64,000 bases of DNA from an uncultured cyanobacterium (GCA_963766075.1 CAVYAN010000061.1:1-64000), one strand, 5' to 3'. Shown: positions 52,226 through 64,000, counted from the stretch's first letter. Notes: generated by a model not told the origin, from the letters alone. Numbers and translations: made by a program.

Positions 52226-53842
52226 CTACTTCGCCGGTTTGAGGGCCAAGACCGCTTCAAATTGACTGGTGGTTTTGTCCGCTTGAGTGGTCGTGCCACC
52301 CAAGCCCTTAATCGAATTTAGGATAGCCGCAGTTTCCGGTGGCATGGACTGCTGTTGCGACATCAGCATTACCTTATTCACCAAGGTCATGGTTTTTTCC
52401 ATGTCCATGTAGAAATAACCAATATTTTGCTTGGGCAAGGAGGCCGTGACGGCCTTGAAGGTGTCACTGGCATCCAAGGCCGGATTGGGCTTGCTGGACA
52501 GGGTGGTGACGAGTTGATCGCCAGTAGCAATGAACAGGGTGTCATTGTCTAGCCAACCATGGCCCAGAATCGCCCCCTGAGGAGTCTGCCATTCAGTGAC
52601 TTTCTTGCCGTTCACATCGCGCTGGGCAACGGGCAGGGATTGCCGCTTGGCGATCGCATCGAGCTTTTCCAGGGTCGCTTCTGCGGTTTTGCGATCGCTG
52701 GTATCAAAGACCAACGCCCCGCCAAATCCAAGCTGGGCCAGCAAGCCTTGATCCAGCGGCATCATCCCCAGGGCAAATTCGCCATCCATCCAGCCAAAAA
52801 TATCCTTATCCAGGTCAAACCCCACCATTTGGGTACCGCTCCGCATCGCGTCCACGGCGGCTTTGACCTCTGTATCATCCTTGGTTTGGGCCACCACTTG
52901 CTTCCAGAGGGCACTGGCATTGGCCCCGGAAATGAGCGCAAAGGTTTGGGCCGGGAATTGGCCAACGACCTTGCCGGGGGAAGGCTGCTGTTCCATCGCC
53001 AGTTTGGCATCGACATTCACGGCCCCTTTGAAGCGCAATCCAACCTGATCAATGCCCACCACGGCCACCATGGATTTCACCCGCTTCAGCCGTTCCAGGG
53101 TGGCGGCAGTGGGCTTGGCGGCAGACTTGGGATTGCTCACCGCTTGGACGAATCCGGCATAGTCTGGCATATAGAACCGCGCCAAGGTATTTTCCACTTC
53201 GCCCGACTTGGCTAACAGTTGAGCGGCTTCAGGTTTCGTGGCAAAGGACGGTTCGCCCTTAAAGGTATCGATCGCCTGTTCAACGGCTTTCTGATCAGAA
53301 GACAGCATCAGGTAGGTATCTTTCAGGACCGCCGTATAGGTGGGTTTACCCGATTCACCTGCCATCTCCGTCACTTTGATGCCCTTGTAGTCGCTTTCCG
53401 TACTTTTAACTTTGGCTTCGCTCTTCATCTTGTTCGCAAATTTCAAGGCACTTACCTTGTCCTTAATGGCGATCGCCACCAGCGGCTCTGGCCCCTTGCT
53501 GGCCGTGGGCATCATTGCCACCATAATATTGCCGACCCAAGGCTTCAAGTCTTGATCCACATTGACCTTGGTTTCGGTCACCATTTTTTGCTGGAATTCC
53601 TGAAAGTTCTTGTCCATGACTTTCTGGGCTTCCGGAGTCCCAAACTGCTTGAGCTTGGCCCAATTTTTTTCGTCTGTTGAAATAAATGCTGCCATGTAGG
53701 CATCATCAGGAATCACCTTGGCGATCGCTAAGGGATTTGCATCACTGCCTGCCGCCCCGTTCAAGTAAAAGTATGCTCCTGCTGCGCCCCCTGCCACTGC
53801 AACTACGCCGATAGCGGGCAGAATTAACTTTTTCATAGACAT
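52226..53842 (-). CDS. DUF3352 domain-containing protein
   Basis: N-terminal TM helix; DLKPWVG, DLDKDIFGWMDGEFAL and GYFYMDM motifs. Confidence 0.82.
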   Translation of the reverse strand: MSMKKLILPAIGVVAVAGGAAGAYFYLNGAAGSDANPLAIAKVIPDDAYMAAFISTDEKNWAKLKQFGTPEAQKVMDKNFQEFQQKMVTETKVNVDQDLKPWVGNIMVAMMPTASKGPEPLVAIAIKDKVSALKFANKMKSEAKVKSTESDYKGIKVTEMAGESGKPTYTAVLKDTYLMLSSDQKAVEQAIDTFKGEPSFATKPEAAQLLAKSGEVENTLARFYMPDYAGFVQAVSNPKSAAKPTAATLERLKRVKSMVAVVGIDQVGLRFKGAVNVDAKLAMEQQPSPGKVVGQFPAQTFALISGANASALWKQVVAQTKDDTEVKAAVDAMRSGTQMVGFDLDKDIFGWMDGEFALGMMPLDQGLLAQLGFGGALVFDTSDRKTAEATLEKLDAIAKRQSLPVAQRDVNGKKVTEWQTPQGAILGHGWLDNDTLFIATGDQLVTTLSSKPNPALDASDTFKAVTASLPKQNIGYFYMDMEKTMTLVNKVMLMSQQQSMPPETAAILNSIKGLGGTTTQADKTTSQFEAVLALKPAK

Positions 53843-54252
53843 TTTAGGTTCCTCAAGATTCTTAAAGATTGCCCTGCCAGATTTGATCCCACCCTGGCAC
53901 CCAGCAGATTCAGGCAGATGCATGACAAAGGATTGTCATCGTAGAGTTCCCCGGAACTCTGGCATCAGCGCAGTTTTGGTTGAACCACGAAATCCGTAGC
54001 ATTACAGAGAGGAAACACGCTAGGGTCGTCCGATTTCGGAGAGACGGCTTAAAACTCTAGCTTAAAACTCTAAAACGGGTTCTGCCAGTAGGTAGCCTGG
54101 GCAATCCTGAGCCAAGGGAAGGCTGTAAAGCATTTCACAAGCGGTAAACTAACTCGCCGCAACCTAATCACTATATTTTTTGCCAGGGCCACAGTTTTTT
54201 GCTAGGGCCACAGTAGGATGGGAAAAACACAACCCGGACCCATGAAAAAATC

Positions 54253-54774
54253 ATGGCTAAAATCCAGACTTTCTGCACTGCTGTCATGGCGGTTGCCATG
54301 ACCGCCTCCAGCCTAATTCTATTTACCCATCGCGCCAGTGGCCAAATGTCTGAGGTGCCGTTGCCCAATCGGAGTGGTGACTTCACAACCGCATTGGTCT
54401 TGGGCAATCGTGGGTACTACACCAATGACAAATGGCTGGTGGTCAAGCCGCCCAATCCCGCCCAGATGAAGGACTACGGCATTACTTGCCACGACACGCC
54501 CAACGGTCCGGTGCGATCGCGCATTGTTCCGGGCGCAATTATGACCGCTGTTTTTCGCGGTCCTGCCAATCTCCCTGGATATACGGGGCCAAATTTGGCC
54601 AATGATGCGATCGCCCTTCACGAGGGCCTGCCCTGGCTGCGGGTGCGCGGCACGCAGGCTGAACTCGCCTATCCAGATGCCGGTCGCCGCTGGGATGAAT
54701 TGGGAGAGTGCTACGTGCGCGCTAATATCCAACAAATTGCGCCGATTACCACCGATGCCTTGCGATCGCCCTAG
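54253..54774 (+). CDS. Hypothetical exported protein
   Basis: 173 aa with a signal-peptide-like N-terminus; PWLRVR...CYVRAN motif. Confidence 0.65.
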   Translation: MAKIQTFCTAVMAVAMTASSLILFTHRASGQMSEVPLPNRSGDFTTALVLGNRGYYTNDKWLVVKPPNPAQMKDYGITCHDTPNGPVRSRIVPGAIMTAVFRGPANLPGYTGPNLANDAIALHEGLPWLRVRGTQAELAYPDAGRRWDELGECYVRANIQQIAPITTDALRSP

Positions 54775-54831
54775 CAGAGCGGCTGCTAGCCCCTAAAAAC
54801 CAGTTTCTCCCCCACGCCTATCCCAAAGCGC

Positions 54832-54861
54832 AGCGCCCCCTCTATTGCTAGAGAGGGCGCT
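54832..54861 (-). terminator. psbA 3' stem-loop
   Basis: Minus strand AGCGCCCTCTCTA-GCAA-TAGAGGGGGCGCT (GNRA loop, one G-U pair), 60 nt after the psbA stop. Confidence 0.7.
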
Positions 54862-54921
54862 CAAAGGCATTGAACTCAGACGATTTCAGTCAACCTCAAA
54901 CCATCAACTCTTAGTCAGAGA

Positions 54922-56007
<1,086 letters not shown>

Positions 56008-56063
56008 GGTTTTATAATTCCAAAAAAGTATGTATGTATAGAAGCGTTGCGCTCTATGTCTTC

Positions 56064-56092
56064 ACATTAATCCATTTGTTGAGAAATGTAAA
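56064..56092 (-). promoter_or_regulatory. Putative psbA promoter
   Basis: Minus strand TTTACA-N17-TAATGT; TTTACA is the usual -35 of cyanobacterial psbA genes. Confidence 0.6.
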
Positions 56093-56160
56093 GGAATCCG
56101 TACGCTGAGGGGGAGCATCTACACCCAATGTTTGCTGGCTGGGCGCTTCCCTCCATGAGA

Positions 56161-56207
56161 TAGGCCAGAGCAGTTGTAACAATCATTGTTACAACTGCTC
56201 TGGCCTA
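56161..56207. other. Perfect 23-bp inverted repeat
   Basis: TAGGCCAGAGCAGTTGTAACAAT-c-ATTGTTACAACTGCTCTGGCCTA. Confidence 0.8.
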
Positions 56208-56261
56208 AGCAGCATTCTCTCAATATCACATTGAATAGATCGCCGTGAAGGTAGAGTTGTT

Positions 56262-56669
56262 CTATTGTTTTGCCTGACTGGCTTTGTATGCTGCCCAGCC
56301 GCCATAGTTGGAAATATCGAGCCAGTTGAACTGTTCGACCAGTTCGCGGGGATAGAGGATAGCAGTGAGGACTTCACCATCCTCTAACACCACGTCAGCG
56401 GGGTACATGTGGGGCGGTTCAGTAGAAACCAGATGGTCGTATTGGGTTGGTGTGAGCTCATAGACTTCACCGGGGATGGAAATGCCGTTGGTGTTGACTT
56501 CGTAAATGGCGGGGTGCCATCCGTCAACAGCGGCGTGGAGGCGATATTGGGGCTTCGTGTTAGCAGTCCGGATAAAGGCTGCCCCGGAGAGGTTTCCATG
56601 ATCAGGCTGACCTCGAAGCGCCGAACCACAGATAAATACACGTTTCATTGCAGTCTCAAACTGGCTCAT
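56262..56669 (-). CDS. Gamma-glutamylcyclotransferase-like protein (allophanate hydrolase C-domain type)
   Basis: FICGSALRG, IPGEVYEL and DISNYGGWAAY motifs. Confidence 0.8.
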   Translation of the reverse strand: MSQFETAMKRVFICGSALRGQPDHGNLSGAAFIRTANTKPQYRLHAAVDGWHPAIYEVNTNGISIPGEVYELTPTQYDHLVSTEPPHMYPADVVLEDGEVLTAILYPRELVEQFNWLDISNYGGWAAYKASQAKQ

Positions 56670-56766
56670 AGCAGGTTAACAGGGGCGATCGCCGTAGAAA
56701 TATGACATGACGTTAAATTACCCTGTTCCGTTGACAACACTCAAGCTTTTTTGACGCAGGCTTGCA

Positions 56767-57903
56767 TCAGGCTTGGACATTGGGCAATTGGGAGGGTAAC
56801 AGACGATCCATCCAGGTTTCAAGATAAGCTCGATTTTTGGCCTGTAGTTCGGGGGCCGCTTGGTCAAAGGGAAACGAGGGAGCCAGTCCCTGAATGGCGG
56901 CGGTGGTAACGCAGAACATGGACTTCTGGAAACTGACGCACAGCTTAACGCGCACATCGGTATCGCCGCGTGTCGTGGTGGTGTAAAACTCCTGCAAATA
57001 AGGAGGAATATGATGGCGCATGTCTTGCATCAGGAGAGTGGGCGGAATGCCCGCACCACCCACGGGCAGTGGATCCGCATAGAGTGCACCGTAGGAAAAC
57101 CGAGACTGGTCGAAGGGAATTTGTTGGGCCTGGGCATTGTAGGACAGGGTGCCCATGAAGGGGAGAGAGCGGAAAAACACGGCTTCCACATAAGGCACGG
57201 CCAGATCCGTCAGGAAGGTCAAGCCTGCGGACTGCGGGATAATGTCGTAGGCTTGATCGCCGATGGTCACGGCGTAGGTCATGGGATTGCCTGCATTGGC
57301 GACGAGGGCATTGCGAACATGATCGACGACATCGGCGATGGTTTTGATTTCGCCGCGATCATAGCGATCGCTCAACTCCAAAAACATTGGACTCATGACT
57401 TCCCAAAACTGCCCCAAGGCGCTGTAGTAGCACATCTGGCGCACCTGCTCGGCCAGAAAGTCGGGGAATGCCCGAGACACGCCCTGCATAAAGAAATTCC
57501 CCCGCAGCTTGGCTTGGGTAGCCCGCTGGACATTTTCAAGGAATTCCGGTGAGTCCAGGTACTGATCCAAGCCGCCGCCGCCATGCCACATCATCGCCTT
57601 CATGCAGTATTCGGCAAATTCGTAATTGATGCGATCGTGCCACCAATGCTTCAGCAATTTCGCTAACGACACATCACCATCAAAGTATTTAAAGAAGGGA
57701 AACAGCACCAAAAACTGGTCCTGAGAAATGTAGATGAGGTTGCGCCAATAGGAATCCATGACCACGCCGTAGCTTTTCAGCACACCCACGACTTCCACCA
57801 AATTCAGATCCGATTCGGGCAGCAAGGCTCCACCGGATTCTAAGCGCGTGATGATATCCGCAAGGGGATGGGCGGAGGATGGCAGGGCGATCGCAGTCGG
57901 CAT
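56767..57903 (-). CDS. cupB: CO2 hydration protein CupB/ChpX
   Basis: 378 aa from ATG 57903; HWWHDRINYEFAEYC and GIPPTLLMQDM motifs; length and context fit CupB rather than CupA. Confidence 0.9.
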   Translation of the reverse strand: MPTAIALPSSAHPLADIITRLESGGALLPESDLNLVEVVGVLKSYGVVMDSYWRNLIYISQDQFLVLFPFFKYFDGDVSLAKLLKHWWHDRINYEFAEYCMKAMMWHGGGGLDQYLDSPEFLENVQRATQAKLRGNFFMQGVSRAFPDFLAEQVRQMCYYSALGQFWEVMSPMFLELSDRYDRGEIKTIADVVDHVRNALVANAGNPMTYAVTIGDQAYDIIPQSAGLTFLTDLAVPYVEAVFFRSLPFMGTLSYNAQAQQIPFDQSRFSYGALYADPLPVGGAGIPPTLLMQDMRHHIPPYLQEFYTTTTRGDTDVRVKLCVSFQKSMFCVTTAAIQGLAPSFPFDQAAPELQAKNRAYLETWMDRLLPSQLPNVQA

Positions 57904-57991
57904 GGGGAATGACCTTTTGAGCGTAGATAAGCAAACAAAGAGAGTAATGGTGCGATAACTGGCGCTATGACTGGCGCGATAACTACTGGTT

Positions 57992-59540
57992 CTACAATAC
58001 TTTGGCAGGAATGTTTTCGGTTTCTGGAGACAATAGCTTAGTGCCGGCGGTATCCAACTGCGACGGCGGTACATTGCCAATCGTGGGATAAATCAGCATG
58101 GCGGTGGTGGTGGTTTCTGTCCAGCGTGCGAGCCAACTGGGCTGCAAGCCTAGGAGCACAATCAGGAGAGCTAGCACCGCACTGGGAATCCGTTCACTCC
58201 ACAGCACACGCGGTAGGTTAGAAAACTGCTCCGGCAAACGGCCAAAAAATGTCCGGTTTACCAGCAGCAGAAAATAAACCGCTGTCAACCCCGTGCCGAC
58301 CATGCACAGTAGCGTTTGCAACGGGAAATATGGGAAAGCAGCCCCGAAACACCATGAACTCGGAGATAAACCCCATCATGCCGGGAATGCCCGCGCTGGC
58401 CATGACCCCAACGACCATCAAACTGCCAATCAGGGGCAGACCCCGCTCTGGATTTAACAAGCCGCGCAGCGTATCAATATCCCGGGTGCCAGTTTTTTTG
58501 TAAACCACGCCCACCAGTAGAAAGAGCAGTCCAGAGACTAAACCGTGGCTGATCATTTGGAAAACAGCACCCAAAAGGCTTAAGGGGGTTGCTGCCGCTG
58601 CCGCCAGCAGAATAAATCCCATGTGGCCGACGGAACTGTAGGCCACCATTTTTTTCATATCTTTTTGGGCGATCGCCGTAAAGGCCCCGTACAGCACACT
58701 CACCACGGCCCAACTGGCCAAGTAGGGCGCAAAGACGGCCCACGCCTCGGGAAACAAGCCTAAGCCAAACCGCAACAGGCCATAGGTCCCCAATTTCAGC
58801 AGCACCCCAGCCAACAGAACCGACACGGGCGTGGACGCTTCAACGTGGGCATCGGGGAGCCAGGTATGGAACGGCACCAGCGGAATTTTGATGCCAAAGC
58901 CAATGATGATCGCCCCCAGCAGGATCAGTTGGGTGGTGAGGGGGAGCGCCAGCGATCGGGTCACATCATAGTCAAAACTGGTGGCCCCACTAATCCAGGT
59001 CAGCCCCAAAAAGCCCGCTAAAATAAGCACGCCCGAAGCCGCCGTATAAATCAGAAACTTTGTGGCCGCATAGCCCCGGCGCACGCCGCCCCAAATCCCG
59101 ATCAAGAAATACAGGGGAATCAGTTCCAGTTCATAAAATAGAAAGAACAGCAGTAAATTCTGAGATAAGAATGCGCCCACTACGCCCACATTCAGCAAGA
59201 GCATCAAAATGTAGTACAGCTTGGGGCGATTGATATCGCGATCGGTAGCGTAGAGGGCGAAGCCGGTCAGCAAGGCGTTCAGCACCACTAGCGGCAAAGA
59301 TAAGCCATCTAAGCCCAAGCGATAGGTCAAGCCTAAAGCCTCTAGCCAAGGCAAATCTTCCTGAAACTGCAAGTTTGAGGCAGCCGAATTGAACTGGAAG
59401 CCCAGGCCCATCGACCAGACAAAGGCGATCGCCATAGCCACCAGGGAAATCGTCCGAGAATATTTGGGGGCGATCGCTGAAGGCAACAGGGCCACCAAGA
59501 GTGCCGCTACCAGGGGAATGAGAATGAGGGCGGTAAGCAT
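57992..59540 (-). CDS. ndhD4: NDH-1 subunit D4; frameshift near 58320
   Basis: LGLDGLS, PFHTWLPDAHVEA and KKMVAYSSVGHMG motifs; removing one T gives FPVQTLLCMVGTGLTAVY. Confidence 0.9.
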
Positions 59541-59588
59541 GGATGTTGGAGGGTGAGTATGAAGGTCTGGGTTGGGGCAACTCGCCGA

Positions 59589-61424
59589 TTAAAAGAACCC
59601 ACGGGTGAGAAAGATGCCAATAACGCCAATGCCCAAAAGGATGGTCAGCATATAAAACTGGGACTGGCCAGAGACACTGTACTTGAGGCTTTCGCCGCTA
59701 AAGATTGAAGCCAGTCCAACAAAATTCACAAAGCCATCAAGGACGTAGCGATCAAACCAAGCACTAAACCGGGAAATCCAATCCACCATCCAGACAACGC
59801 TATAGCGATAAAGCTTATCGACATAAAAGTCATAGGCCAGGAGATCCTGCGCAAACTTGAGTGGTACCTGTACGGGTCTTGCCCAGGTGCGGTTGAGATG
59901 AACGCTGGCCCCGATACTGACCCCGATCGCCCCGGAAGCCATGACTAAAATGACCGCCGTCCAGTTGACATAGTCCACATCCGGCAGGATGGAAAGCTGC
60001 TGCATCATGACGGGAACCAGCAGCGTAATGATTGTTAATGACACCATGGGTAAGGCCATAGTCCAGGGTACTTCTGGAGCACGGCGCGTCTTGGCCTGGG
60101 TCGGCCCCAGGAAGACCAAGCGAAACAACCGAGTGAGATTCACCGCTGTCAAGGCATTCACCGCCAGCAAGATGGCCACGATCCAGGGACTGTCGTAGAG
60201 AAACGTATTAACCCCTTCGCGCATGGCCCAGAAGCCGCCAAACGGCAGGAGTCCGACTAAGCCCGCTGAACCCACAATAAAGGCCACAGTCGTAGCGGGC
60301 ATTTTGCGGGCTAGGCCCCCCATCTCGGTCACGTCTTGGCTGACGGTTGTGAGGGTCACAGAGCCAGTGCTCATGAACAGAAGGGCTTTAGCGATCGCAT
60401 GGGTAAACAGGACAATCATGGCGAAATTTGTCCACTGCATCCCGATCGCAATAAACACAAGCCCCAGATAGGCACTGGTAGTGTGGGCCAGTGCCCGCTT
60501 CATATCAATCTGGGCAATTCCCACCAGGGAAGCTCCCACTGCTGTCATGGCACCCAGCACAACCAGCGTTGTAGAGGCCACAGGAGACAAAATCAAAATG
60601 GGTTGCAGCTTAAACAGCACCCAGGCCCCACAGCCCACCACCACAGAATTTCGCAGAATCGAAGCAGGATTTGGCCCTTCCATCGCTTCATCAATCCAAA
60701 CATGCAAAGGAAACTGCGCACATTTACCAATGGGCCCCGCAATCAGGGCCAAACCCAGTAGCGTTGCTGTCATTGGGGATAACTCCGCAGTTTCTGCCCA
60801 ATCGTAGAGGTCGGGAAAATTCAAGGAACCGGATAGTGTGGCAAGCACCACCACTCCCATCAACAGCAACACATCCCCTACCCGTTTTGTCAAAAAAGCA
60901 TCCCGAGCAGCCGTGACCACGAGGGGTTGGGCGTACCAAAATCCCACCAATAGGTAGGTAGAAAGGGTGAGCATTTCCAGCAACGCATAGGTGAGGAACA
61001 GGGAATCGCTAATGGCCAATCCACTCATCGCCGCTTCAAAAAAGCCCATCAGCCCAAAAAATCGGGCCAAGGCCCAGTCTTTTTCCAGATAGCCGATCGC
61101 AAAAACCTGCGCCAAGAGACTAAGCCCAGTGATCACTTCCATTGCCCCGCAATTGACCGGAGAAATGTCCAACATAAAGGACAAATCCAATCCCGCTGCC
61201 GCGAACCAATGGAAAATGAAGGGCTGCAGGTCTTGCCCCAGGGAGGCCCGAAACACCAAGGCCCCGTGCACCAGTGCCACCACGGTCATAAACAGGTTGA
61301 AATAGGCAGCAGGACGCGGCCCCGTCCGGTGAATAATGCCCGCAGACCAGGGCAACGTCAACACTGCGCCAACCAAGCCGTAGCAGGGAATCCACCAAGC
61401 CGTGTCAATGAAAAACTGTTGCAT
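59589..61424 (-). CDS. ndhF4: NDH-1 subunit F4
   Basis: RTGPRPAAYFN, AARDAFLTKRVGD and KCAQFPLHVWIDEAMEGP motifs; in an operon with ndhD4 and cupB. Confidence 0.92.
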   Translation of the reverse strand: MQQFFIDTAWWIPCYGLVGAVLTLPWSAGIIHRTGPRPAAYFNLFMTVVALVHGALVFRASLGQDLQPFIFHWFAAAGLDLSFMLDISPVNCGAMEVITGLSLLAQVFAIGYLEKDWALARFFGLMGFFEAAMSGLAISDSLFLTYALLEMLTLSTYLLVGFWYAQPLVVTAARDAFLTKRVGDVLLLMGVVVLATLSGSLNFPDLYDWAETAELSPMTATLLGLALIAGPIGKCAQFPLHVWIDEAMEGPNPASILRNSVVVGCGAWVLFKLQPILILSPVASTTLVVLGAMTAVGASLVGIAQIDMKRALAHTTSAYLGLVFIAIGMQWTNFAMIVLFTHAIAKALLFMSTGSVTLTTVSQDVTEMGGLARKMPATTVAFIVGSAGLVGLLPFGGFWAMREGVNTFLYDSPWIVAILLAVNALTAVNLTRLFRLVFLGPTQAKTRRAPEVPWTMALPMVSLTIITLLVPVMMQQLSILPDVDYVNWTAVILVMASGAIGVSIGASVHLNRTWARPVQVPLKFAQDLLAYDFYVDKLYRYSVVWMVDWISRFSAWFDRYVLDGFVNFVGLASIFSGESLKYSVSGQSQFYMLTILLGIGVIGIFLTRGFF

Positions 61425-61744
61425 TGAACAGACCTTTAAAACCTTAAATATAAAAAACGAAGTGTTAAGAGTCGAACAAACCTACGGGGCAATAACCTGC
61501 GGGACAATATTCAGATGCCCTGCCAACCCCACCATCGCCCCAGAGTCCCTAGACGCAGTTGACCTGGCACGCCAGCAATGCTTGCTTGCAATTCTTAAAG
61601 GTGGTTTACGATTCTTGTGATTGTGTCAAGTTTACCGGGTTCCATCGCTAAAATCCGCAGGTGGGGCTAAAAACAACTTATATAGAAGTCTGTTAAACGA
61701 TATATAAGTTGGATTAATAATTTTTTTACAATCCAATGATGTGT

Positions 61745-61760
61745 ATCGAAAAAAGCCTAT
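61745..61760. promoter_or_regulatory. Possible NdhR/CcmR (LysR)-type site
   Basis: ATCG-N8-CTAT, one mismatch to ATAG-N8-CTAT, in the ndhF4/ccmK divergent region. Confidence 0.3.
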
Positions 61761-62135
61761 GATGTTTGAGGCAGAAAAGGAGTCTGGCGATCGCCTGACA
61801 CTATGAATCTGTCCAATGAATAAATTCGATTTTTATAATTACGGAGAAAAGCGGTCAGCCGTCAGCTACCTGCCTGGAGTATCACGCAACAGGGGATGGA
61901 AATCTGCACTCTCGAGCTGTCTCCTCGTTTAATCAGTCGGACTAATGCGTCAAATTTGTAACTATCATTGGACTTTATATTGTCAAGTGTCAACGGCAAT
62001 CCTATTCTTAAAGAGCGAATAGTAAAAACTTCTTTTAAAATCCTGAAAACATGGCATTTCCCGTCAAAATTTTGGAATCGCTATGTCTGGGGTGTGGATT
62101 TTACTCGCGTGAGGCGCATATTTAGGAGGGCGATT

Positions 62136-62444
62136 ATGCCGATTGCGGTTGGAATGATTGAAACGCGGGGTTTTCCCGCTATTGTTGAAGCGGCTGACGC
62201 TATGGTGAAAGCCGCGCGGGTCACCCTCGTCGGCTATGAGAAAATTGGCAGCGGTCGCGTGACCGTGATCGTCCGGGGCGATGTTTCCGAAGTGCAAGCT
62301 TCGATTTCTGCGGGTCTGGAATCGATCAAACGGGTGAACGGTGGCGAGTTTGCCTCCAGTCATATCATTGCCCGTCCCCACGAAAACTTGGAATACGTTC
62401 TACCGATTCGGTATACCGAGGCTGTAGAACAGTTCCGCTCCTAG
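62136..62444 (+). CDS. ccmK2: Carboxysome shell protein CcmK2
   Basis: 102 aa from ATG 62136 after [21 protein letters not shown]...[10 protein letters not shown]. Confidence 0.93.
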   Translation: MPIAVGMIETRGFPAIVEAADAMVKAARVTLVGYEKIGSGRVTVIVRGDVSEVQASISAGLESIKRVNGGEFASSHIIARPHENLEYVLPIRYTEAVEQFRS

Positions 62445-62558
62445 GTGTGATGTGGTAGGTTGCACAGCAGCATCCTTAGGGACTGCTAGGGGCAACGTCC
62501 TGAACCATGCCTGATTGATGTTTGTCGAATTTAATTAATTGGAAGGGAGATAGTTACG

Positions 62559-62897
62559 ATGGCAATTGCAGTTGGAATGGTTGAAACTTTGGGTTTTCCT
62601 GCCGTGGTTGAAGCAGCAGACGCAATGGTCAAGGCGGCTCGCGTGACCCTGGTGGGCTACGAAAAGATTGGCAGCGGTCGGGTAACGGTGATTGTGCGGG
62701 GTGACGTTTCGGAAGTACAAGCCTCCGTCGCCGCTGGGATTGAAAATGTGAAGCGGGTTAACGGTGGGCAAGTGCTCTCCACTCACATCATTGCGCGCCC
62801 CCACGAAAACCTGGAGTACGTTCTGCCCATTCGCTACACGGAAGCTGTAGAACCCTTCCGCGAGAGCGTTAGCGGCATTCGTCCCCTTAGCCGCTAG
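62559..62897 (+). CDS. ccmK1: Carboxysome shell protein CcmK1
   Basis: 112 aa BMC domain with the C-terminal extension [11 protein letters not shown]. Confidence 0.93.
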   Translation: MAIAVGMVETLGFPAVVEAADAMVKAARVTLVGYEKIGSGRVTVIVRGDVSEVQASVAAGIENVKRVNGGQVLSTHIIARPHENLEYVLPIRYTEAVEPFRESVSGIRPLSR

Positions 62898-62906
62898 TAG
62901 GCTCTG

Positions 62907-63206
62907 ATGCAAATCGCTAGAGTTCTGGGCACAGTCACCAGTACCCAAAAAGAGCCCAGCCTGCGTGGCATTAAGTTCTTGGTGCTGCAACTGATGGATG
63001 AAGCGGGGCAGCCAATTCCTGGTTATGAAGTCGCTGCGGATAACGTAGGGGCGGGCGTGAGTGAGTGGGTACTGGTCAGTTATGGCAGTGCTGCTCGCCA
63101 AGTCCAAGGAAGTGAGCAACGCCCCGTCGATGCCGCTGTCATTGCCATTATTGATACGATAAGTGTCGAAAATGGCCTGTTGTACAGCAAGCGGGAGCAG
63201 TACTAG
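62907..63206 (+). CDS. ccmL: Carboxysome vertex protein CcmL
   Basis: MQIARVLGTVTSTQK...VAADNVGAG...GSAAR...DAAVIAIID. Confidence 0.96.
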   Translation: MQIARVLGTVTSTQKEPSLRGIKFLVLQLMDEAGQPIPGYEVAADNVGAGVSEWVLVSYGSAARQVQGSEQRPVDAAVIAIIDTISVENGLLYSKREQY

Positions 63207-63497
63207 GGCGATCGCCGCGCTCTTTTTACGGGCAGGGCAAGTTGGGTGACGGGAACGAAGCCCAACTTCTTGGTGCTGTTAAGTCTGATTCCACCCCAAG
63301 CGGTTTTTACAGTTCGCATCATGAGAGTTTGACTGTTCATCCTTCAGGACTTAGGCGTTTTAGGGTCTATGCAGTTTCAGTTCACACATCCTGAATCCAG
63401 ACTCTGGATGTGCGTTCTCGGTTTATGTCGGTTTATATCTTGAGCAAGTTTCTGGAAACTATTCAGGCTTGCCTGCTATTCCGTTGGGAGAATTGAT

Positions 63498-64000
63498 ATG
63501 GCAGTCCGTACCTCTGCGGCTCCTCCCACGCCTTGGGCGAAAACCTTTGCCGAACCTCAGATTGACCAATCTGCTTACGTGCACTCGTTCTCGAACTTGG
63601 TGGGTGATGTCCGCATTGGAGCCAATGTAATGATTGCACCCGGAACGTCGATTCGGGCGGAGGCGGGGGCACCGTTCCACATTGGCGATCGCGCCAGTCT
63701 TCAAGACGGCGTTGTCGTGAGTGGTCTGGAACACGGTCGTGTCCTGGGCGCCGATGGACAACCCTATTCCGTTTGGATTGGGGCAGATGTGTCAATTACC
63801 CACATGGCACTGGTTCATGGCCCTGCGTACATTGGCGATCAGTGTTTTATTGGCTTTCGCTCCACCGTGTTCAATGCGCGGGTGAACGAGGGTTGTATTG
63901 TGATGATGCACTGTCTGATTCAGGATGTGGAAATTCCGCCTGGAAAGTATGTGCCGTCCGGTTCCATGATTACGACTCAGCAGCAGGCCGATCGGTTACC
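63498..64000 (+). CDS. ccmM: Carboxysome protein CcmM, partial (gamma-CA-like N-terminal domain)
   Basis: Translated by hand: [38 protein letters not shown]...[27 protein letters not shown]; runs off the window edge. Confidence 0.96.
   Translation, partial: MAVRTSAAPPTPWAKTFAEPQIDQSAYVHSFSNLVGDVRIGANVMIAPGTSIRAEAGAPFHIGDRASLQDGVVVSGLEHGRVLGADGQPYSVWIGADVSITHMALVHGPAYIGDQCFIGFRSTVFNARVNEGCIVMMHCLIQDVEIPPGKYVPSGSMITTQQQADRL

Noticed and set aside
56767..64000. ndhF4-ndhD4-cupB divergent from ccmK-K-L-M as a novel cluster
   Set aside because: This is a known arrangement of the main beta-carboxysome locus.

Overview
This is a core-chromosome window from a beta-cyanobacterium, rich in HIP1 (GCGATCGC). 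It is probably a filamentous, non-heterocystous strain, inferred from hetR lying next to a patX-type gene. Recognisable genes include ycf4, psbD-psbC, psbA, tRNA-Arg(UCU), the GNAT-ruvX-DUF3727 and mltG-yqeG clusters, pdhC, aas, and ndhF4-ndhD4-cupB divergent from the start of the ccmK2-K1-L-M carboxysome operon. I see no transposase, integrase or CRISPR array. About ten conserved genes are broken by 1-3 nt indels, often in or beside short base runs; this points to an unpolished assembly rather than real pseudogenes. The best leads are: (1) two phased, co-oriented arrays of DnaA-box-like 9-mers around an AT-rich spacer, upstream of a DUF2811 (RHH-like) gene and a Cas4-like PD-(D/E)XK nuclease, with no dnaA/dnaN in the window; (2) a translationally coupled operon (membrane aminopropyltransferase, SAM decarboxylase, DUF4178, a small membrane peptide ending GGGPGTGK, plus a divergent DUF350) that may modify a peptide rather than make free spermidine; (3) a small patX (HRGSGR) gene with a DIF1-like promoter upstream of hetR; (4) a CcmM whose gamma-carbonic anhydrase site has lost the zinc ligand His75 and the catalytic Glu56; (5) a membrane PP2C phosphatase paired with a CHAT-FHA protease. 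All product calls come from recognising motifs by eye; no database search was run.
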